Source: Candidatus Micrarchaeota archaeon
GTDB taxonomy: Archaea; Micrarchaeota; Micrarchaeia; Anstonellales; Bilamarchaeaceae
DNA: 64,000 nt
Assembly: GCA_043821365.1 (NCBI GenBank)
Contig: JBDRCX010000006.1
Coordinates: 192,001-256,000 of the forward strand
Reading direction: 5' to 3'
In this document: positions 57,940-64,000 of the stretch, piece by piece
Layout: each line of letters starts with the position of its first letter
Position numbering within the stretch: the stretch's first letter is position 1
Notes under the pieces: generated by a model
Seen by the model: the letters and a program-made list of their open reading frames with translations, nothing else
Databases searched by the model: none
What the model was told of the DNA's origin: nothing
Made by a program: the position numbers and the translations under genes

Positions 57940-58260
57940 ATGAAATTAGGGGTTGTTATATCCACTAATGATGCGGAAACCGTCTGGAATGCCTTTCGCA
58001 TAGCAAATTTTTCCAAAAAAGAAGGCGATGCGGTGAAGGTTTTTTTGGTTGGTATGTCGGTTGAATACGAAAAATATTCCGAAACAAAATTTCCTTCAAA
58101 AGAAGAAGCACAAAAATTTATTATGGCAGGAGGAGAGATCCTAGCCTGCGGTACGTGTATGAAGTCAAGAAACCAATCATATGTGCCACTATGTCCAATT
58201 GCTTCGCTTAAAGACCTTTACGCTATAATAAAAGAAAGTGATAAAGTAGTTTCTTTCTAA
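57940..58260 (+). CDS. DsrE/DsrF-like family protein
   Basis: WNAFRIAN, VKVFLVG, ILACGTC and ESDKVVSF motifs. Confidence 0.85.
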   Translation: MKLGVVISTNDAETVWNAFRIANFSKKEGDAVKVFLVGMSVEYEKYSETKFPSKEEAQKFIMAGGEILACGTCMKSRNQSYVPLCPIASLKDLYAIIKESDKVVSF

Positions 58261-58269
58261 GGTGTTATT

Positions 58270-58923
58270 ATGAAATTCTTCTTAGATACTGCCAATCTAG
58301 ATTCAATAAAGAAAGCCGTAGAGCTAGGCATGTGCGATGGAATAACAACAAATCCAACTATCATTTTTAGGGAAGGAAAAGACCACAAAGAAACAATAAT
58401 TGAAATCGGTAAACTAGTGGCTGGCCCTATATCAATTGAGAGTGTTGGTGAAACAGCAGAAAAGATGGTTGAAGACGGCAAGGAATTTGCCAAATGGGTT
58501 AAGACTCCTGTAATCAAAGTGCCAATGACAAAGGAAGGTCTCCGCGCTGTTCGAATGTTTAATGATCTTGGGATCCAAACAAACGTGACATTAGTTTTTA
58601 GTGCATCTCAAGCACTTCTTGCAGCAAAAGCAGGTGCAACCTATGTGTCTCCTTTTGTGGGTAGATTGGATGACATCGGAAAAGATGGCATGGCACTTAT
58701 TCACGAAATCGTCCAGATCTTCAAAAATTATAATTTTAAGACCGAAGTTATTGTGGCGTCAGTGCGTTCATTGAAACATGTTGAAGAAGCAGCAAAAGCA
58801 GGAGCACACATAGCAACAATTCCACCTAAAGTTTACGAACAAATGTGGAAACATGAACTTACTGATAAAGGAATTGAAATGTTTAATGCTGATTATAAAA
58901 AATCACTGGAGGCTAAAAAATGA
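58270..58923 (+). CDS. tal: Transaldolase (small MipB/TalC type)
   Basis: [24 protein letters not shown] and [11 protein letters not shown] (Phe typical of transaldolase rather than FSA). Confidence 0.92.
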   Translation: MKFFLDTANLDSIKKAVELGMCDGITTNPTIIFREGKDHKETIIEIGKLVAGPISIESVGETAEKMVEDGKEFAKWVKTPVIKVPMTKEGLRAVRMFNDLGIQTNVTLVFSASQALLAAKAGATYVSPFVGRLDDIGKDGMALIHEIVQIFKNYNFKTEVIVASVRSLKHVEEAAKAGAHIATIPPKVYEQMWKHELTDKGIEMFNADYKKSLEAKK

Positions 58924-59330
58924 GAGAATCTATCCCGCTTACTTGGAGAAGAATTCCAGAAAGATATAGGATGATTGGCGTAACCTGCAAAACATGTAAT
59001 TCTGCATATTTTCCAAAACGTACTATATGCCCTAAATGCAGACGAAAAGGAGACGTTCATGAGGTACAATTTGCCGGAACTGGTAAAGTTTATTCATTTA
59101 CTGAAGTAAGCGCACCTCCTGATGGTTTTGAGGACCAAATCCCATATGTTCTTGCAATAATCGAATTGGACGAAGGAGCGAAGATTACTGGGCAGATCGT
59201 TGATGCTCATAAGAAAGATGTTACAATTGGTTCACGCGTAGAAAAAGTGTTCAGAGTCATACAAAGGGACGATCCAGAAGGCCTTATACATTATGGTTTC
59301 AAATTCAAACTTACTGAACAAAAAGGATAA
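58920..59330 (+). CDS. DUF35 Zn-ribbon/OB-fold protein (thiolase partner)
   Basis: CKTC...[30 protein letters not shown] and YGFKF motifs. Confidence 0.92.
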   Translation: MRESIPLTWRRIPERYRMIGVTCKTCNSAYFPKRTICPKCRRKGDVHEVQFAGTGKVYSFTEVSAPPDGFEDQIPYVLAIIELDEGAKITGQIVDAHKKDVTIGSRVEKVFRVIQRDDPEGLIHYGFKFKLTEQKG

Positions 59331-59332
59331 CT

Positions 59333-60085
59333 ATGATGCATTTGTTTAATTTGTTTTTCCCGACAATTGTTCTATTGGTCTCATTCTTTTTCTTTTATAA
59401 GGGTTTTACTCGTCTATCTCCTCAATGCATTGTAGCTATTATAAAACCAATAAATACGTTGACCACTCATCGCGGTGTTCCATGCGTCTATCACAGCATA
59501 CTAATTGATTGTTTTGTTGGTGGGGACACACCATGGAAACGCATTTATTCTGATGATTATAGAATTCCATTCTATTTGGGTAAAACCTTAGTGGATCCAA
59601 ACAGTGCGGATATTCGAATCAAACCAATAAGGACTACCACCGGTTATATAAAACGTGAAAAAGGAATTATTGAAAACTTTTTTGATTTTGCTGTGCCTTC
59701 CACAACATCTAAAATAATCCAAAATATTATCTCTTATACTCCTGTGGCGCTTGTGCCTGATTCGGGTGCGCCTGATCAAACTACAGTTATTGATGATGCA
59801 ACTACAAAAACACTCCAACAAAATCCAAAAATGAAAAAAATAATTGCCCAAAACATCAAGAAACCTTTGAAAATTACCGAGTATGCGTTTCTTCCAAAAA
59901 CCAAAATATGCATTTGTGTTACTGAAACTGAAAAGGAAAAAGTACACCCCTTTCTTATTACTGATGAAAATGAAGAGAATACAAAACTAATTGCAAAAGA
60001 AAAGTCCTATTTGACTTTTTTTGTCGGGAGCATCTTATTTATTGTTTCTGTGGTTGCATACGTTCTAGTCATCCAGTCTCTTTAA
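59333..60085 (+). CDS. Hypothetical membrane protein
   Basis: N- and C-terminal TM helices flanking a soluble domain. Confidence 0.65.
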   Translation: MMHLFNLFFPTIVLLVSFFFFYKGFTRLSPQCIVAIIKPINTLTTHRGVPCVYHSILIDCFVGGDTPWKRIYSDDYRIPFYLGKTLVDPNSADIRIKPIRTTTGYIKREKGIIENFFDFAVPSTTSKIIQNIISYTPVALVPDSGAPDQTTVIDDATTKTLQQNPKMKKIIAQNIKKPLKITEYAFLPKTKICICVTETEKEKVHPFLITDENEENTKLIAKEKSYLTFFVGSILFIVSVVAYVLVIQSL

Positions 60086-60445
60086 CCATTCAAATTTTTT
60101 ACTTATTTTCTGTTTTTTGGCATCTTCTAATGTTAACCATCTAAAACCAGAAAATTCTGAACCTATTCTTACAGACCTATTCTTTGCGTTAACTTTGAAA
60201 ATCAAAACATCGTCCCACTTTTTTCTTTTTCTGGATCCAGAGTTATATCTAGTCTTGTGTATTATCTCCAAAATTTCCCCATCTATATTTGTCTGTCTTT
60301 TAAATTCAGTTGCAAGTTCACTTACAAAATCACTATTTTTATTAGTTTCAAAATAAGGCAGTTCGATTTGTTCAAACTGTTGGTTTCTTCTGATTAAGAA
60401 AAGTACTCTACCTCCATCATCCAACACCCCACAAATTAGAACCAT
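60065..60445 (-). CDS. Degenerate NUDIX-fold protein, paralog 1
   Basis: GRVLFLIRR..ELP...ELATEFKRQTNI; FRWLTLEDA. Confidence 0.6.
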   Translation of the reverse strand: MVLICGVLDDGGRVLFLIRRNQQFEQIELPYFETNKNSDFVSELATEFKRQTNIDGEILEIIHKTRYNSGSRKRKKWDDVLIFKVNAKNRSVRIGSEFSGFRWLTLEDAKKQKISKKFEWLKRLDD

Positions 60446-60769
60446 CTACATCTTCATCCACATTGTACTTTCTCCTAATTGTTGTTGTTTTGCATCTTCC
60501 ATACTTAACCAAACATGTTCCCTATTAGATTCTAATGTATCGAGTGCAACGACCTTGCAGACAATACATGAACTAATTCCAATTTTTGTCTGGAGTATTA
60601 TCCCTGCAAAATTAACTTTGATATCTGTTTGTTTTCTGAATCCCTCTGCTAATTGTCCGATTGGATCTGCTACAGCATCTCCAAAAACATGGGGGAGTTC
60701 TAGTTTCCCATTTTTTTTAAGAAAATAAACTTTACCTTCACTTTCCAAAACTCCACAAATCAAAACCAT
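60446..60769 (-). CDS. Degenerate NUDIX-fold protein, paralog 2
   Basis: Same MVLICGVL start; ELP...QLAEGFRKQTDI; VWLSMEDAKQQ. Confidence 0.6.
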   Translation of the reverse strand: MVLICGVLESEGKVYFLKKNGKLELPHVFGDAVADPIGQLAEGFRKQTDIKVNFAGIILQTKIGISSCIVCKVVALDTLESNREHVWLSMEDAKQQQLGESTMWMKM

Positions 60770-60809
60770 GGTTAAGCACCTATTTCTTTTAGTGGTTCTA
60801 AATCTTTAA

Positions 60810-61874
60810 TTATACTCTGTAATCTGATAAATTATATGCACTTATAACTGCCCAAGCAAGATATTCGAATCTGGTGGTTGGTGCACCTTTTGCTTGTAAA
60901 TATCTGTCTGCTGCTTCAACACTATCCAGACTGTCCATTACAATGTCCATAGCCATCATAACATTCCTAACATTCTCTTCTATCCAAACAACAGCGGTAT
61001 CTGGTTCTAAGACGTAAAATTGTCCATGGCCTAGTGCTAGTCGTTCGAACTGTATTCTACTTAAACGTCTTAATGAATCAAGATGTTGAGAAACATTTTC
61101 CATATATAATACTGACCGTTTCCACATATTTGCTGATGTGACTAAATCACCAACAATCAGAGTTCCATCAGGAAGTAGATACCCGGACATTTTGGTATGG
61201 CCGTCTATTTCAACAATACATATACCATAATCGTGAATAATTTGGCTGTCACCCAATCTTTGAAATCCGTCGCTGTTGCTTTCAACGAGAAAATCTCCTC
61301 TTCTTCTGTTTGTACGTTTAAACACCGCAGGTTCTGGGATTGGTATGTGTTCTTTAACATTGAGTAATCTCCTTAGTTGGCTTCCAACCCCAAGATGATC
61401 TATATGGTGGTGGGTTGCACATACTGCATCCACAACCAAACCACTATCATCTATCAATCCTGCTAAGGTTTCAATTCGTTCCAATCCTAATCTAGCATGT
61501 TCCTCTGAACTCATATCAAATGCCCATTCAAATGCATTTGTTTTTCCTTTTAAATCTCTTAAAAGTACAATGCGTTCTGGTGTTGTCTGCATTATCCTTC
61601 TAAGTGCTCCATTTGGCTGTTGCAATCCAAGTTCTGCAATGGCCCTGCGGAATCTTCCTGCATAATCTGTTTTATATGCACGTTCGACCTGGTCTGATAC
61701 ACTTGGGTCAATTAGGATGCCTCTCTTACCCTGTAGATTTGGTATAAAAATAAATGTTCTTGCCCACCCACCGGATACTGCGTATGTGTGATCTGTTATG
61801 GGTTCAACAAGTGGATGTTGACGTAAACGAGTTATCTGGTCAGAAAAAGTTCTAGTTGTGGCTGCTCTTCTCAT
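60810..61874 (-). CDS. Metallo-beta-lactamase-fold hydrolase (divergent)
   Basis: THHHIDH, DGHT, VGDL and LGHG metal-ligand motifs. Confidence 0.85.
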   Translation of the reverse strand: MRRAATTRTFSDQITRLRQHPLVEPITDHTYAVSGGWARTFIFIPNLQGKRGILIDPSVSDQVERAYKTDYAGRFRRAIAELGLQQPNGALRRIMQTTPERIVLLRDLKGKTNAFEWAFDMSSEEHARLGLERIETLAGLIDDSGLVVDAVCATHHHIDHLGVGSQLRRLLNVKEHIPIPEPAVFKRTNRRRGDFLVESNSDGFQRLGDSQIIHDYGICIVEIDGHTKMSGYLLPDGTLIVGDLVTSANMWKRSVLYMENVSQHLDSLRRLSRIQFERLALGHGQFYVLEPDTAVVWIEENVRNVMMAMDIVMDSLDSVEAADRYLQAKGAPTTRFEYLAWAVISAYNLSDYRV

Positions 61875-61935
61875 ATCTGTTTTTTATTGTGTTAGGTTTT
61901 AATATCTTTATTAAACGTTTTATCCCACATCTTTG

Positions 61936-63042
61936 TTAACTAACTCTCATTTTCAACACAACTGTGGTGTATGGTCTCCAAACAGAAACAGTGTAATAAA
62001 CGTCTTTTCCATCACTTCCAAATTCATTTGGAAAGATATACCCCCCATAACACCCACCCCATCCACTTTCCATCCACGAGGCAGGTTTAAACACAGTTCC
62101 ACATGGAGTGAATTTTACTGGGCCATTATATGGTCCATATGGGGTATCTGCTGTGAATAGCATAAATCCTCCAGTTCCACCATAACTCTGGAACATTATG
62201 TAATATTTTCCAAGGATTTTATTTTCTACTAAAGAAACTTCTCCCACTTGCACATTCTCCATTCCTTCAAGAGGGGTCGCATCTGAAATATTATTTGACC
62301 ATTGTGGGATGTTGTTTTCTCTCCCAATAAAATACATGTATGCATTCTTGTTTTCAATGTCATCTTGTTTTACATAAGCAAGGTACACTGGGGAGTTTCT
62401 GAATTTCCCCGTAATTGCCATGAACACTACTTCTTCTCCATTTAATTCTCCAAAAACAGGTGCAGTGTTAGCATGTTTTTCATCTGCTGGCCAAGAAAAT
62501 ACTTCGACAAAATCATCTCCTTGCTCTTTGAAAAGTATGCCGTGCGCTATTGTTGCATCTCCTGGTGTAAGTACTTCTTCCCAATGATCTACCCTCATTG
62601 AATAAAGATAAAGAGTTCCATTAATTTCGATTGCACCTGCAGGAACTGTTGATTCGTCACCTGGTTGCCGTTTTGATTTAAGTGGTTGATAATATCTCGT
62701 TCCATTTGTCATCCATTGAATTTTTGTACAATCAAATGGAGTTTCTGTTAACAAAACAGCACTTGCCCCACCACTTCCTAATTTTGTTCCAAAAACATCT
62801 CCGAAAATTATCCAATTTCTTTCGAGTGGTATCCCCAAATCTGATCCTTTTATCTCTAAATTAGTTGCTTTCTGATCAATTAATTCACATACAAATTCTG
62901 GTTCAGTAAGACCATCTGGTTGAGAAATATTTGTTGAATTGATAATTATTTGGCCACCATCATCTGGTTTATTAAAATATTGGCAGCAGCCAAATAAGAA
63001 AATCAACAAAACAAAAGTAAAAACCAACCTACTCATAATCAC
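61936..63042 (-). CDS. DUF4185 (GH183-like) lipoprotein
   Basis: Lipobox LFGC; GSDLG, IFGDVFG, VPAGAI, YGGYI.P and YYTVSVW motifs. Confidence 0.75.
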   Translation of the reverse strand: MIMSRLVFTFVLLIFLFGCCQYFNKPDDGGQIIINSTNISQPDGLTEPEFVCELIDQKATNLEIKGSDLGIPLERNWIIFGDVFGTKLGSGGASAVLLTETPFDCTKIQWMTNGTRYYQPLKSKRQPGDESTVPAGAIEINGTLYLYSMRVDHWEEVLTPGDATIAHGILFKEQGDDFVEVFSWPADEKHANTAPVFGELNGEEVVFMAITGKFRNSPVYLAYVKQDDIENKNAYMYFIGRENNIPQWSNNISDATPLEGMENVQVGEVSLVENKILGKYYIMFQSYGGTGGFMLFTADTPYGPYNGPVKFTPCGTVFKPASWMESGWGGCYGGYIFPNEFGSDGKDVYYTVSVWRPYTTVVLKMRVS

Positions 63043-64000
63043 GTCCCCACATCTTTTCAGCTAGTTTTCCCTTATACATAAATTTTTCAATGTTTTTTTC
63101 AGCTTTTTTTCTGTTTTCTTTATGATCTTTCAAAAATAAATTTATTTTTTCAATTAAAATCGCTTTCATTTCACCAGTAAGCAATTTGCCGCTTCTATAA
63201 TCCTCATATATTTGTTTCAATTTTTCATCATCTGGTTCAAATAAAATGGAAAGCCACTGGTATGGCACATCCACCGAGGTATCTCCTCCTAATTTTCTAT
63301 GTTCTTCCACAGTTGGTTGTCCACCTGAAAATGCATGTTTGTTTATTTTGTTTTTAACTGTTTTTTCATCATCAGTAAGCCAGATCGCTGTTTCTGCTTT
63401 TGATGCACTCATTTTTCCACTCACCCCCTGTAACGGTGGTAAAAATTTACTGTGAATTGCAGCAGTTTTGTAATATCCCATGCTTTCTGCAACATCTCTT
63501 TGTATTCTCCAATATGGGTCCTGGTCTATTGCACACGGAATTAAACACCGTTTTCTCTCAAAAAAAGTTGGTATTGTTTGGTATGTTGGATAAAATATCT
63601 GCCCCAAGTTGGTTTGTTCATTAAATCCAAACACCGCCTTTGCCGTTGAAAGTGTTGTTTTTCTTGCAACTTCTAACATGATCTTATATGTGTTTTTTAT
63701 GTATTCACTATCTCTGAATATGAAAGTTTTATCAGGGTCAAATCCAACTGCCGCAATATCTAATATGTTATCCTTTGCCCAATTGTCTATCTGCTTCCAA
63801 TCTGTACTTCTATCAAAAACAAACTTTTCATCATCTGTTATCTCTATGTATAAGTTTACTCCAAAAACATCTTGCAACCATTTGGTGAAAATCATCGGTG
63901 TTAAGTGCCCTAAATGTAACGGGCCAGATGGTTTTCTTCCAGTGTATAAAAAAAATCCTTTTTTCTGTTCATAGTCATTCAATACAAGGTCAAGGTCTCT
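63029..64000 (-). CDS. trpS: Tryptophan--tRNA ligase (archaeal type), 5' end beyond the window
   Basis: LYTGRKPSGPLHLGH, ITDDEK, IPCAIDQDPY, KMSAS and HAFSGG motifs; frame is open to the window end. Confidence 0.95.
   Translation of the reverse strand, partial: RDLDLVLNDYEQKKGFFLYTGRKPSGPLHLGHLTPMIFTKWLQDVFGVNLYIEITDDEKFVFDRSTDWKQIDNWAKDNILDIAAVGFDPDKTFIFRDSEYIKNTYKIMLEVARKTTLSTAKAVFGFNEQTNLGQIFYPTYQTIPTFFERKRCLIPCAIDQDPYWRIQRDVAESMGYYKTAAIHSKFLPPLQGVSGKMSASKAETAIWLTDDEKTVKNKINKHAFSGGQPTVEEHRKLGGDTSVDVPYQWLSILFEPDDEKLKQIYEDYRSGKLLTGEMKAILIEKINLFLKDHKENRKKAEKNIEKFMYKGKLAEKMWGRDYE

Noticed and set aside
219-63974. Numerous 60-200-aa ORFs antisense to or nested within recognised genes
   Set aside because: They overlap confidently assigned CDS, have no family motifs, and are expected as shadow ORFs.

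Overview
AT-rich archaeal chromosome segment. Archaeal markers include PCNA, aIF5B, D-aminoacyl-tRNA deacylase, PurP, ADP-forming acetyl-CoA synthetase and BHB tRNA introns. A DPANN lineage, probably Micrarchaeota, is inferred from gene content, not from any search. About 65 CDS are supported: pheS/pheT/trpS, ftsZ, pyrG, purP/purQ/purF, pcn, rad50, infB, a non-oxidative pentose phosphate cluster, thiolase/DUF35, a VapBC-like pair and many surface or orphan proteins. No CRISPR array, integrase or transposase is visible. The most notable signals lie outside the ORF track. (1) A tRNA-Val(GAC) split by two BHB introns of 140 and 57 nt. (2) A ~47-bp double-hairpin element at the start of the long intron that recurs, with compensatory changes, between the antitoxin and toxin genes. 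(3) Two dual-guide box C/D sRNAs whose +5 positions fall on rRNA sites equivalent to 23S Gm2251 and 16S Cm1402. (4) Structured leaders upstream of purQ, ftsZ and a SpeD-like decarboxylase. Among proteins, the notable ones are a tandem pair of helical-repeat proteins with a putative caspase/gingipain-like His-Cys dyad, a stand-alone Cas2-like gene behind a perfect 22-bp palindrome, a pseudokinase, a GH183/DUF4185 lipoprotein and a dispersed class of Arg-rich divergent enzymes. All family calls come from motif recognition by eye. rRNA targets use conserved rRNA sequence from memory (E. coli numbering), because this organism's rRNA genes are not in the window.
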